The position numbers were made by a program, and so were the translations under genes. Positions 33,420 to 45,156 of a stretch of DNA of 64,000 bases are shown here, piece after piece; positions within the stretch are counted from its first letter, which is position 1, and each line of letters opens with the position of its first letter. The DNA is taken from NCBI GenBank assembly GCA_963833425.1, contig CAWHXP010000002.1, positions 256,001-320,000 on the forward strand. The letters run 5' to 3'. Source of the stretch: an uncultured Methanosarcinaceae archaeon (GTDB lineage: Archaea; Halobacteriota; Methanosarcinia; Methanosarcinales; Methanosarcinaceae). The notes below the pieces were generated by a model. It saw nothing but the letters and a program-made list of their open reading frames with translations. It was not told the DNA's origin and did not search any database.

Positions 33420-34508
33420 ATGCGTAAAAAAATACTTTATTTCATGCATGTTGATTGGGATTGGATAAAACAGAGGCCACATTATATTGCCGAATACTTA
33501 TCTAAAAATTACGATGTTCTCATCATCTATCCTTATCACATGAAAAGATCACAATTAACTAAAAATAAGCGGAACAATTTGAAATTAAGACCATTTTTTT
33601 ATGTCCCTTCTATAGGTAAAATTAAGTTCAACTTTTTAGATCGCTTATTTCTGAAGATGTATATTTATTTTACTTTGAAGACATTAAGACCTGATTATCT
33701 CTGGATAACCTTTCCAGATTCATACGAATTGATACCTTGGAATCATAACTCAAAAATAATATATGATTGTATGGATGATGCTGGAGAGTTTGACAATCAA
33801 AAAAAAATAAATTTCAGACGTGTAAATTTAGAGATCAAACTCATCAGAGAAGCTTCAATTGTTTTTGTTTCAAGTGAAAATCTTATGAATACTATTAATA
33901 ACAGGGAATACTGCCTTAATAAAGCAGTACTCATCAGGAATGCTTTTGGTGGTAATAAATTAGATGTTCCTCCTACAAATAAACCAAAAATTAAAAATGA
34001 TACTCAAAAAATTTGCTACATTGGAACTGTAGCCTCATGGTTTGATTTCGATTCATTATCTTTCTGCGTCCAAAATATTGAAAGCATAGAATTTCATATT
34101 ATTGGGCCAATTGATGTGGATATTAATAATTGGGCACATAAAAGGATAATATTTCATGGACCTATGAACCACGATAAATTGTACTCTTTTATAAAAGATT
34201 TTGATTGCATGATCATGCCTTTTAAACTAAATAAATTAGTTATATCAGTTGATCCTGTAAAGTTATATGAGTATGTAAATTATAACAAATCAATTATTTC
34301 AGTTTATTATAAGGAAATAGAGCGGTTTTCAAAATATGTATCATTTTATTCAAACAAAGAAGAATTATTAAATATTGTAAATAACATGATAAATCACGGA
34401 TTCTTTCCAAAATACAACGAAAAAGAACGTGATGAATTACTCCACAATAATTCTTGGGAAATTAGAGTAGATAAAATAAAGAAAGTTTTAGAAGGGATGG
34501 ATGAGTAA
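33420..34508 (+). CDS. Glycosyltransferase (GT-B fold, TuaH-like)
   Basis: W.WIKQRPH, IIYDCMDD, YIGTVASWFD, PVKLYEY and NSWE.R; ATG at 33420 after GGAGG. Confidence 0.8.
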   Translation: MRKKILYFMHVDWDWIKQRPHYIAEYLSKNYDVLIIYPYHMKRSQLTKNKRNNLKLRPFFYVPSIGKIKFNFLDRLFLKMYIYFTLKTLRPDYLWITFPDSYELIPWNHNSKIIYDCMDDAGEFDNQKKINFRRVNLEIKLIREASIVFVSSENLMNTINNREYCLNKAVLIRNAFGGNKLDVPPTNKPKIKNDTQKICYIGTVASWFDFDSLSFCVQNIESIEFHIIGPIDVDINNWAHKRIIFHGPMNHDKLYSFIKDFDCMIMPFKLNKLVISVDPVKLYEYVNYNKSIISVYYKEIERFSKYVSFYSNKEELLNIVNNMINHGFFPKYNEKERDELLHNNSWEIRVDKIKKVLEGMDE

Positions 34509-34968
34509 AGATTCAATATTACAAATTTCTTGTATATCGAATTATTTTGAATGTCAATAAGCGAAGTAATGAAAATATGATCTTGAGGGACTGTATTTAA
34601 TATAAATTTTAAATGTAGAGTAAGCGATTAAAATAACAATGTTTTACTTTGTAAGCTTCGCATTGATTTTAAAAAAATATGTATCTCCTAGGTTGTGATT
34701 CAAAATGTATTCTTATTCGAAGGAATTCAGGAAATGCACATGCTTTAAGATAAAATTATATATTTTTTATCAAAGAAATTTACAAGATTAAAAGAATCTC
34801 TGTTTTCAGTGTCTATCTGCTCGTTCCAGTAACCTCTAAATCTAAAATAAATATATTACTAATAATATATTTTTTGTTTGAGTGATCTTGCGTCATCATA
34901 TTTGTGAAAAATTAATGGGAAACCAAAAGACATACAATACAAATGCATGTAAATGATAAACTAAAAAA

Positions 34969-35116
34969 GGTTCCGTTGCAAAAATAATTTTACTGCCTTT
35001 TTGGCTATAATTATTGTTTTTTGTATCATTATTGATCTATTTAGAGCATATAAATATCCTATTTGTGATGTTTTTCACTGGTTTTGTAAAATAGCCAGAT
35101 TTTTTGCAACGGAACC
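34969..35116. mobile_element. 148-bp IS6-type miniature element
   Basis: Ends GGTTCCGTTGCAAAAA and TTTTTGCAACGGAACC are identical to the IS6 at 21736-22590; no ORF inside. Confidence 0.9.
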
Positions 35117-35446
35117 GTTCTTCATATGCTGAAGTTTACACAAAATATAATCCAGTTTAAGGCATTATTTTGTATTTTTTTCATTTTCTAAGCTTTTTAT
35201 CCACTTTTGAAGCAAATTTGTTACTAATTTGTTTCCTAGATCTGATAACATAAAACTAATGAATTTGGAGTATATTCCTTAGAATTGAGTGATTTAAATA
35301 TTCTTGCTAGTTCATGATTTCCTTTCTCCTTCCTATCAAATGAGCAGGTACATAATCAGGAGATTAACACCAAACTTCTCATTATCTGAAACAGTAACTA
35401 TAAGTTCCTTCATAACAATTAACTTAAATTCAATGAAGTTATATTG
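35117..35446. repeat. Dispersed direct repeat, copy 1 (copy 2 at 44183-44512)
   Basis: Core 35300-35446 versus 44365-44512 differs at about 13 of 148 positions by hand alignment; weaker similarity extends left to the MITE edge. Confidence 0.85.
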
Positions 35447-35473
35447 AAAATTGTGATACGAACGAGTTGCACT

Positions 35474-35911
35474 TCATACTACAGGTACAAAAGCACCGCC
35501 ATAATCACCGTTGTTAGGTCTGCTACGGTTAGCTCTAAAATTTCTAGCATGTGTTGGGCGTCCATGGTTAACGTTGATCGAAACACTCGCTGATGCATTA
35601 CTGTAATTTGTAATATCATTAGGTATAAAATAAGCTTTTAATGTCTGCGTACCTACACTCAGTAACGTTCCTAGGGGCGGAGTATAGACAAAGGTTCCAG
35701 GTATTATGGCTTTAGACACCGTATCTGAAGCAAATGCATTTAGCTGAGTGTTGTTCAACGTTCTTCCATAGATTATGTCAGCAGGACTATTCCAAATAAT
35801 TATTGGGATCGCTCGCGGTGTTGCAACCGCTGCAGCTGAGATACCCGCTAACGTTAAAATTATAGCTGTTGAGACTAAAGCTATCGAATAAAATTTATGT
35901 TCATTGATCAC
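35474..35911 (-). CDS. Secreted protein with one Ig-like surface repeat
   Basis: Signal peptide; IIWNSPADIIYG...TQLNA...PGTFVYTPP.GT.L..GTQTL, the same repeat type as at 43.2-43.9 kb. Confidence 0.65.
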   Translation of the reverse strand: MINEHKFYSIALVSTAIILTLAGISAAAVATPRAIPIIIWNSPADIIYGRTLNNTQLNAFASDTVSKAIIPGTFVYTPPLGTLLSVGTQTLKAYFIPNDITNYSNASASVSINVNHGRPTHARNFRANRSRPNNGDYGGAFVPVV

Positions 35912-36469
35912 TTATTTCAACTCTTTTTTTCCATATTGTTAAAGCGAGAAATAATGAGATAGTTATCTTCAATCGCAAATACTTCTCAATATACTTCTAG
36001 TGTTGTCGCATCTCCAATTTCTGATATCCAATAAGCTATTAAAGTGATTATGATCGAAAAATTGTATATTTTTTTTAGTAATTCTAGATTAAAAAATGTT
36101 AGAATATTACAAAAGCATAGCATAAATCATAGAAAGCAATACTTTGGGAAGTAAACTTATTGCATATTTTATGTAATATGCGTCTTCTATTTATTCAAAT
36201 TTATTGTCCAATTAGATATGGATGGTCTCTCACTGTAGCTATGAATTAAAATGGGTTTAAGTTATAACGTTTCAATAGTACATATATTCCGATAACAATT
36301 AGCACTAAATCAAATCTCCCAAATATTTCAAATTTTTCTCGGAGAGCTCAATTTCGATATAAATATTTTGTTTAAGTGTAGTTTAAGTGAACAATATTCC
36401 TATTTTATTAAAAGAAACTCATTATCTTAAGTAATGTTTTATCAGGTTTTGTTTCATCAGGTTTTTGTG

Positions 36470-36660
36470 GGATCGCTGTTTGATTAGTTGGAGCTTTGGG
36501 TACATATGTGAGAGAACCTATAAACTGGCCGAAAGCCCTATGTTTTGTTCCCGTTCCGTGGCTGTAATATTGTTCGTTGCTGTGTCAATGAAGGAACGGT
36601 GCCTTCAAGGTCATTCGCCACATGTGCCTTTGTTCCACTCTGGGCGAAAAAAGCACGCAT
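36470..36660 (-). pseudogene. YVTN beta-propeller surface protein fragment
   Basis: GTKAHVANDLEGTV / IDTATNNITAT / AFGQFIG pieces with frameshifts. Confidence 0.6.
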
Positions 36661-37337
36661 ATGAATAAAAATATATAATATTGGATAATTTTTTGTATTC
36701 AGAGCAAGGCTTGGGACATACCAGATTGCTTGCAGCGGGGTGTGCCACCTCAAAATTGATGTGAAAAATTCATTATTTAATTAGAATAATCAATGATGAC
36801 CCAATGACACCCTTAAAAGAAAGAAAGTGACGAAATACAGGAAATAATTTCACTTAATTTTTTATAATATTAATAGGATAAAATAATGTAGTCGAAACAA
36901 CTGTTTCTGTCGACAAAAGGAAATTTGGAGAAGTACTTAGGACAAGAAAGTTCCGTAACCAATTGTAGAAGTAAACTTGAAACTGATAGTTTATAACATA
37001 AATAAGGAGTATTAGAACTAATTTGGATAAATCAAAAATTTTTACATAGACTGTTTTCCAAAACAATTTTAATATAAACTTCCTTATCTTTTGTTTAATC
37101 TCTTCTATCGTTAATGTTAGCAAATAAGCAGCCGAAACTTATATACGGAACTAGCGTCGAAGTCGATGCTTGCATCCAATGGGCTGAAGACCTAGTGGTT
37201 TACGCTTTGTCCTATTTAATTGTCAATACACCATTATAGAACTTAAATTGATGCTTAATCTGGAAAAAGATTACTATTTAATGAACTCTTTTCACTTTTG
37301 CCAATATGTTGAAATATAACTAATAAAAATATAACTG

Positions 37338-38834
37338 ATGTTTTGGACCATGTATAACATAACTGCCATCTATTCTAATATCCTTAAAATAGATCCTATC
37401 AAGCGCCAGAGTATAATATCATTGTTCTGGCAGATAGCATTCACAGCTATAGGTTTTCTGAGTACAATGTACTTCGCACGTACCGTAGGTGCTGCAGTTC
37501 TCGGTGCATATTTTCTGTTTTTATCATACAACGGTATTTTTAATTTGGTTACAGACGGGGGATTTGGTGGAGCCGCAACCAAACGTATCAGTGAAGGAAA
37601 AGAACCTGATGAATATTTTAGTGCATCTATTATACTTCGGTTAGCATTCACTATACTCGTAGTACTCATTTTGCTCGTGTTTAAAGATTATTTTGTCGAG
37701 ATTAATTACTCAGGTATATTTGTCTGGCTGCTGCTTTCATTGCTGGTAACTATGATTGCGGGTACTATCGCAAGCGGAGTTGCCGGCATGGGTAAAATTG
37801 GAATACACAACACCTGTATTGGCATAAAAAATATTTCATGTGTCCTATTTCAGATCCCGGCAATATATCTCGGATATGAGACTGCAGGTCTGGCTGGAGG
37901 TATGGTGGCTGGAGCAGTAGTGGCAGCAATAATTGAATTTCGTTTTTTCGATTTGCGTTTCGTAAGTTTCAAATGGGTCCACATAAAAAGTTTATCAGTA
38001 TTTTCATTTTGGTTATTTTTAACTACTAGTGGAATGATGGTGTTTTCGCAGGCTGATACTATTATCATTGGACATTTATTAGACATGGTCAATGTAGGCA
38101 TTTACAGGATTACGCTCCAGTTCACAATGGTCGCTTCATTTAGCACAAATGCAATACGCGACACGCTTTGGCCCCGTATCAGCCGCTGGGGTAAAACTAA
38201 TGAGATTGATATGGTGGAGGCGTCTCTGTCACGTGCTATTAGCTACTCATTGATACTGGCAATTCCTGTGTTTGTGGGTGGTGTTTTATTGGGTGATCGC
38301 CTGCTACTTCAATTCTATGGTGCAGACTTTGCTCGTGGCTACCAAACATTAATAATACTACTTGCTGTACAAGTGGTTAATGTATTCCAGTTTTTATTTA
38401 CCATGTACCTGGATGCGCTAGACCATCCTAAAGAATCCTTTAAAGTAACTGCAATTGGCGTTGTAGCAAATATTGTGTTAAATTTTATACTAATCCCAAT
38501 TATAGGTGTAAGTGGTGCAGCAATCGCAACTCTAGCAACAATGATATTAAATGTTTTACTCGCAAGACGTTCATTATCAAAACTTATGAAAATACGAGTG
38601 GAGCATCACAGCCTGTTGAATATTTCTATGGCTTCGATTGTAATGGGAGCACTGGTAGGTGGGTATCGTTTACTTATACCACTTTCCAATATATGGATTA
38701 CACTGATGGCCGTTATTGTCGGAGGGGTGGCATATAGTGTCCTTGTACTGAAACTTGATAGACAGATTTGTAATGATCTGCGAAAAATTGTGGAAGGGAT
38801 GGGTATTGGAGTGATATGGCCTGGATGGTTGTAA
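37338..38834 (+). CDS. Wzx-type oligosaccharide flippase (MOP superfamily)
   Basis: About 14 TM segments; YFAR.VG...LG.Y, DTIIIG.....VGIY and NFILIP.IG..GAAIAT. Confidence 0.88.
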   Translation: MFWTMYNITAIYSNILKIDPIKRQSIISLFWQIAFTAIGFLSTMYFARTVGAAVLGAYFLFLSYNGIFNLVTDGGFGGAATKRISEGKEPDEYFSASIILRLAFTILVVLILLVFKDYFVEINYSGIFVWLLLSLLVTMIAGTIASGVAGMGKIGIHNTCIGIKNISCVLFQIPAIYLGYETAGLAGGMVAGAVVAAIIEFRFFDLRFVSFKWVHIKSLSVFSFWLFLTTSGMMVFSQADTIIIGHLLDMVNVGIYRITLQFTMVASFSTNAIRDTLWPRISRWGKTNEIDMVEASLSRAISYSLILAIPVFVGGVLLGDRLLLQFYGADFARGYQTLIILLAVQVVNVFQFLFTMYLDALDHPKESFKVTAIGVVANIVLNFILIPIIGVSGAAIATLATMILNVLLARRSLSKLMKIRVEHHSLLNISMASIVMGALVGGYRLLIPLSNIWITLMAVIVGGVAYSVLVLKLDRQICNDLRKIVEGMGIGVIWPGWL

Positions 38835-41390
38835 ATTGGTGTTATTAACTTATCAAATTATTTTGACAATTAGAGAAAATCTAACTTTGATCTTTGAGTA
38901 AAAATAAATTTCTTTGTTTGTATTGTTTGACCCAATGAACACAAGAGAGCATTTTTATATAATTCATATAAGAATATACCGGTCGCACTGAATCTATTCT
39001 TACTCCTAATCCTTTTATGAAAAACTCAATTTTTATGAGATTTTTAAAATAGATGCGAAAATCCACGTTTTTCTGTTGAATGAATTGCGACAAGTACGAT
39101 ATGACCTAGTCCCACTGAAAAATTTAGAAAGGTCTTGAGTTGCTGATTTGAGGCGACATCTAGTGCAAATATGCAACCGACGATAATAAGCATTATACAA
39201 GGAATGACATTTTGTGACATCGGATTAATTCAGCTTACGTAGTCTATGGCACATAATGAGCACCTTTCAGGTAGAAGCAACTGCTTCAGCGTCTTGATCC
39301 TTGATCTGCACTATATCTTACAGAACTTTATTAAATGTAGGTAATTAGACCTCACATATTGATTCACACCTGATGACGCTATGAACTACAGTAATATATA
39401 ACATAATTTTATAATCAATATATGACTCCTGTGCAGAAGAACTATCATATGATTATTTGTGTATAAGGTTTAGCCACTTTAGATAAGCTGAATGATGGAT
39501 CATCCCATACACTGTATAAATATGCTCAAAGCTGCAGAGGTAGGTTTGGATGTTAGAAAAAGAGATCCAAGGGTGGGAAATATATTTACAGAAACTACTG
39601 AACTTGGATCTTTTATCATCCGGTAAAAGATAACATCGATAATGGGGTATGTTCGCCGACAAAAGAGCAGACACTGATTGATTCAGCTAATTATATTATT
39701 ATTGAGTTGGTTAACCAAATTAAGTAGGCAGAGAGTATTTGGAATGAATATGCGAAACGCCTAAAAATCGGTCATAATTTAGGAGTTAGATTACTTCAAA
39801 ATTTTTGGGATATTTCATAATAAGGCATGTATTGAATTTATTGATCAACATACAGGAATATATCATACGAACGGTTGCTGCTGATTATTAAATTAGGCTA
39901 TTCAAAGTTGATTATATTTTGAGATCAATTTTACTCAATATTTCATAACTATCGTCCTCTATCATTTGATTAACGCTTTCAATCTCAGTTCCCAGTTTAA
40001 TGAATGTTTTCGTTTTAGTCCATTGAAATCCTTCCACCCCAATGAAAAGCAGAAGAAAAAAGGTGAGAAATGGTAGTAAGAGTATTCTGGAAATACTAGC
40101 AATCAAATAACATAGGAGAACTTAACCGCAGTTGACAAATTAAATCAGATATGCTTCTGTTTGAAATTTGTTAATATATCTCTACTTTTACCCATATTTT
40201 TCTTTTTATTTTTTGTGCATTTATGGGATGTAATCGATAGAAACTTGAACATTCCTAATCTCTCTGGAATTCCAGAATTCTTAAGAACTTAAGAAATATA
40301 TTTCGGCGCAAAACAAAAAAATTAAGGATTATTGATTTCCATATATGAAAGTATAATCACTATATAATACAGTTCGTATGCTATTTGAAAATCTAGATAT
40401 AACATCTGCAAGTTTGAATTTTTAATAGACAAATACTCAAAATGATTAGAATGGGATTAGTTAATTGAATATTAAAAGAGTTGAAAAATGTCCCGTTTAT
40501 TGGCATTATTCATTATGTTTTCGGAGACCCTTTCTAGTCATGAGTTTATGTTCAACGATTTTGCATGGCTATATTGAAGGACTGCTTTTTACTCTAGCAG
40601 CAATTGTAACAATTACTCAGCGCGAATCACGTGAAAAAGAAATTAAAAACTCCAATTTCTGGAGTTGCAATATTTTTTATTGCGTTGTGCCTATTGATGG
40701 TAGTATTTGTCGTATTACCTTGATCCTTGGCTACACCAATAAATGAAACAACAAATATCAAGATTCTTAACGGTCTACAAAATTTTGTATCAGATATAAC
40801 ATAAATGGATAATGATATGAAATATCTGACTCCTGCGGCAAAGAACTACGATACCGGTCGCTTTCTGAGTATGCAGGTATTTTGTGTACAGATAGTCAAA
40901 AAGCTATAGATGCTATGATTTATATGATGTATAACCTAATTTACAAGATACAAAGGAAGAATATCAGTTAGCGGTGTTAAAAGTTAATGGGGTAGCAGTT
41001 TGTGCTAATTCTGGAGTCAATAACATAATAATTGAAATTTGAAGCCGTAAACTCTGATGTAATCGAAGAAAGATACGAATAAAAGATTGATAAGAAACAT
41101 GCAAAAACCGATCTGCTAACAAAGAAATTAAATAATAAATATATCGTTGGTTAGCTTTTAGTAAACATGCAGGAAAAAATCTAAACAATATTCACTTATT
41201 ATATAAGGCATAGAAGAAGCAAAAAAGAAAATGAACATTTTCATGCTTAATTCACTTGTTAAAAGCAAAAATGGCTCTTTTAATATGTTGTCACCATAAA
41301 AATATTTATTAAGTATTTTTTTCATGTTTGAAATTCTATTGATTATGAAAATACGAGATTCAGGAAAACAATTTTATTTTTGGATCAGCT

Positions 41391-42185
41391 CTATATTTTT
41401 TGTGAGCTAAAAACATAGCTCTCATATATACTATAGGCATACTCATCTGAGTATTTGTTGAAAAATACTTTAGTTGGGAGCCCCAATGACTCTAAATATT
41501 GGAATAAATTGATTCCAAAATCGTTATATACAACAATACCTTCGTTCCTTAATTGATCTCCATGGTACATTGGCGGTACGATAAAAATATCTTCATTTGA
41601 TGACACATCAATTCTTTTAAATGTATTCCTATCAAAATAAAATGGAATAGTAAATATATGATATCCATCTGGCTTTAGAACCCTTTTAATTTCGTTCCAT
41701 GCTAGATCTGGATTTCGAATGTGCTCAAAGACATCTTGCGTAATTATCAGGTCAAAACTATTATCTGGAAAACTCAAACTTTGCAAATCTTCGCATAGAA
41801 CCCCATCTGAATTTTTTGTGCCAGGTACAACATTATCAAAATATTCTGAACAAATATATTTTGGTAAATTTGATAGGACTCCGTTTATAGGACCATAAGC
41901 AGATGCTTCGTAAATAGTAAGATTGCTTAATTTATCTTTATTTTCGTTCAAAGACCCGTTTGAAGATAAAAACGTGTTTATAATTACCTTGGTAACATGT
42001 CTATGCCGTGAAATACTGTGACAAAATAGGCATGTCATACTTCCCCGTATTCCCTCGGGATCGTAACACAAAAATAAAGTAACTCTACCACAAACATTAC
42101 ATTTACCAAAATTGTGATGCAATATATTTTGGAAAAAACTTATCATGATAATAATTAAACTATTGTAATATAAAGGAGTTGCCAC
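41391..42185 (-). CDS. Class I SAM methyltransferase with N-terminal CxxC...CxxC
   Basis: CNVCG...CLFC..ISRHR; EDLQSLSFPDNSFDLIITQDVFEHI; RVLKPDG. Start may be ATG 42146. Confidence 0.8.
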   Translation of the reverse strand: MATPLYYNSLIIIMISFFQNILHHNFGKCNVCGRVTLFLCYDPEGIRGSMTCLFCHSISRHRHVTKVIINTFLSSNGSLNENKDKLSNLTIYEASAYGPINGVLSNLPKYICSEYFDNVVPGTKNSDGVLCEDLQSLSFPDNSFDLIITQDVFEHIRNPDLAWNEIKRVLKPDGYHIFTIPFYFDRNTFKRIDVSSNEDIFIVPPMYHGDQLRNEGIVVYNDFGINLFQYLESLGLPTKVFFNKYSDEYAYSIYESYVFSSQKI

Positions 42186-42224
42186 AAATAATTTAAATAA
42201 ATTCTATGAGTAATTTAGATAATT

Positions 42225-42310
42225 CTGATGAAGTAATAAAAGCCTATGACAAACGAATGAATTAACCCGCAACTCAGAAGCTTGGTACAATCAAAATTTA
42301 TCTAAATGAA
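42225..42310 (+). pseudogene. TPR repeat remnant
   Basis: DEVIKAYDK / ELTRNSEAWYN pieces resemble methanosarcinal TPR repeats. Confidence 0.4.
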
Positions 42311-42789
42311 ATCAATCTGCTTACGATTCTTGGTACAGTACAGTAACTTTATCTAAATAGATTGAATAAATTTAATTTATAGATTGATTAGTTACTTAAT
42401 TTTCATTTATTTTTATTCTTTACGAGGTAAATATATCAGGTTTTTTGCTTCCCATCGCAACATCAATTTTAATTAAAATTATATATTTTCTAAACAATAA
42501 GATAAAAATGTCCTATAATCATGGCTGAAAATGAGAAAATGCACAGGTTATTTTTTTGTGACTAAAACTGTGTATATTATATTTATTGATACAGATTTAT
42601 TTTTTTACTACTGTATACTTGATAATGAGTTCCAGCACCAAGGTATGGGTTTGTTGTGGCTTCAGTAAGCAAATAGACTTTTATCCCAAAAAAACTTGAC
42701 GGTTACATATCAATTCTTACAAGAATAAGCATAATTCCCATTTTGGAAAATTCTACAAGAATATCGATCTACTTTCTGCTTTTCTTCAA

Positions 42790-43890
42790 CAGTGAATGTA
42801 GGATCAATCCTTGGGTAGTACAGTCAGCCTCAATGGACCAAATGTTATGTGGCAAACTATTATGGCAATATTGTATCTGTAATTAATGCAGCAAATAATA
42901 CTGTTATAGCCACGGTGCCTGTAGGACAAACTCCGATAGGAGTCAGTCACACCTGATGTAACAAAGGTATATGTGACTAAGAAGGCAATGACACTGTCTC
43001 TGTAATTAACACAACCACAAACGCTTTTATCTCCCAACGGTACCTGTAGACGTTGCTACTTTTGGAGAGCAGTCACAACAGATGAAACAAAGGTATATGT
43101 GGCAAATGTAGGCAACAAAATGTCTCTGTAATCGACCCAGCCACAAACACTGTTACAGCCACTGTGAATTTGGAGGCAATCCTGTCGCCCTAGGGCAGTT
43201 TATAGCAAAAAATTCCTACAATTACCTAGAGTGACCCTGCTGATATAGCTTATGGAACAGGATTGGACGGCACTCAACTAGGTGCAACTGTTTCAGCACC
43301 TGGAATCTTTGTCTATACTCCATAAGCAGGAACCATAATATGTGTAGATATCAATACATTGACTGCTACTTCCACACCAACTGATTCTACAAACTATACT
43401 ACAGCTTCAGCGACTGCTTCTATAAAAGTAAACAAAGCGACCCCTACAGTTACCTGGGATAATCCTGCTGACATAGTCTAGTACAAAATTGAGCAGAACC
43501 CAGCTAGAAGCAATTGCTTCAGTACCTGAAACCTTTGTTTATACTCCTTCAGCGGGAATCAGATTAGGTGAAGGTACGCAGACATTGAGTGTGTTATTCA
43601 TACCAACTGATTCTATAGCCTATAATAAGGCTTCAGCGGATGTTTTGATCAATGTAAACAATGCGACTCCTACAATTATTTGGAAGAAACCTGCTGACAT
43701 AACACATGGAACAGCATTGACAGCCACTCAACTAGATGCAACTGCTTCAGTAACTGGGACCTTTGTCTATACTCCACCCGTAGGAACTGTATTAAATGCA
43801 GGCACGCAGACATTGAAGTTTCTTTTACACCAACTGACACTGCAAACTATAATACACATCAGCGACTGTTTCAATTAATGTTCTAAAAGC
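42790..43890 (+). pseudogene. Decayed YVTN beta-propeller plus Ig-like repeat surface protein
   Basis: TKVYVT, VSVIN and NTVTATV repeats, then three WxxPADIxYGT...QLxA...GTFVYTP repeats broken by stops and frameshifts. Confidence 0.8.
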
Positions 43891-44182
43891 AAAGAATTCT
43901 ATACACATGGAGTGATAATGTCTAAATCCAACGATTTCCATACTGAAATAGATTATATGAAAATTTTGAAACGGAATATAGTCAAATGTGTTGGAGTTAT
44001 GAAAATTCCGTAAAATCGATATGTAAGGAATTGGCTATATTGAATCTCACGATTATAAGTTAGGTACCACATCTGAAGCAGTGAGCATCCTTCCATAAGA
44101 CAGAATAATAATCCAACGAAAATCCTTTCATCGGGACTTTGGTTCCTGGATCTACCTGTCTAATTATTTCGTATAAAATACT

Positions 44183-44512
44183 GTTCTCAGTATGCTGAAT
44201 TTTATATGAAATGTAAATCCATTTTAAGCCATGATCCATTATTTTTTACTTTCGAACCTTTCTATAACTTTCAAAGCAAGAACTTTGTTATACTCTTTCC
44301 CTGAATCTATTAACCTAAAAACATCGGATTTGATGTATATTCTTTAGAATCTAGTAGTTTAAAGATTCTTGCTAGTTCAGTGATTTTCCTTTTTCCCTCC
44401 TATCAATTGAGCGTGTACATAATCAGGAGATGAACACATAACTTCTCATTATCTAAACAGTAACTATAAGATCCTTCATAACAATTAACTTACATTCAAT
44501 GAAGTTATATTG
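44183..44512. repeat. Dispersed direct repeat, copy 2
   Basis: Aligns with 35117-35446 in the same orientation. Confidence 0.85.
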
Positions 44513-44596
44513 GAAACAAAAAATATAGAAAATATTTATTACTCTACAGATAAAACTACAAAAATAAAACTATATGACAAAAAGGGGATCTAAAGG

Positions 44597-45061
44597 ATGG
44601 GTGTAGAAGCAACTATCAAAGAAATAGCAGGTGAACTTGAGAAAATAGCGACCACTAAGACTGTTGTTGGAGAACCCATTACTGCTGCTGGAAAAACAAT
44701 TATTCCAATTTCAAGAATTACTATGGGTTTCGGGGCCGGAGGTGGAGAGGGTAAGAAGGATAATGAATCCGGGTATGGAGGAGGCGGAGGTGCAGGAGTA
44801 AAGATCGAACCTGTGGCCTTCATCATGATTTCTGAAGAAGAAGCGAGGATATTCCGCATCTCTGAGAAAAATGATGCTGGATCAATCCTTAGTGCCCTCC
44901 CAGATATGTTGCCTGATATCATGGACAAGCTCAAAAGGAAAGATAAGCATAAAAAAGAAGATACTCCGAGAGAAAGGGAGAACATAGAACAAAAAGTCAA
45001 AGAGGAGGAACCGGCAGAACATACGGAAGATCAAGTTAAGAAAGGGAGCTGCTTTCAGTAA
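44597..45061 (+). CDS. YtfJ/GerW-family protein
   Basis: TVVGEPI...TIIPISRITMGFGAGGG...GGGGGAG..IEPVAF signature. Confidence 0.88.
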   Translation: MGVEATIKEIAGELEKIATTKTVVGEPITAAGKTIIPISRITMGFGAGGGEGKKDNESGYGGGGGAGVKIEPVAFIMISEEEARIFRISEKNDAGSILSALPDMLPDIMDKLKRKDKHKKEDTPRERENIEQKVKEEEPAEHTEDQVKKGSCFQ

Positions 45062-45156
45062 ATTTCTTTGAAAATTAAACTCTTTCAAGGAATTTCCAGA
45101 AATGAAAAAAAAACTAAGTTTTTCAAGACATTTAGAACTATCCTTTTCCTTATAAT

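Noticed and set aside
37140..37215. GC-richer patch upstream of the flippase as a possible ncRNA or IS end
   Set aside because: I found no second copy, convincing stem or recognisable motif.
38880..41200. Short ORFs at 38.9-41.2 kb
   Set aside because: They show no family motifs and look like decayed or random AT-rich ORFs.
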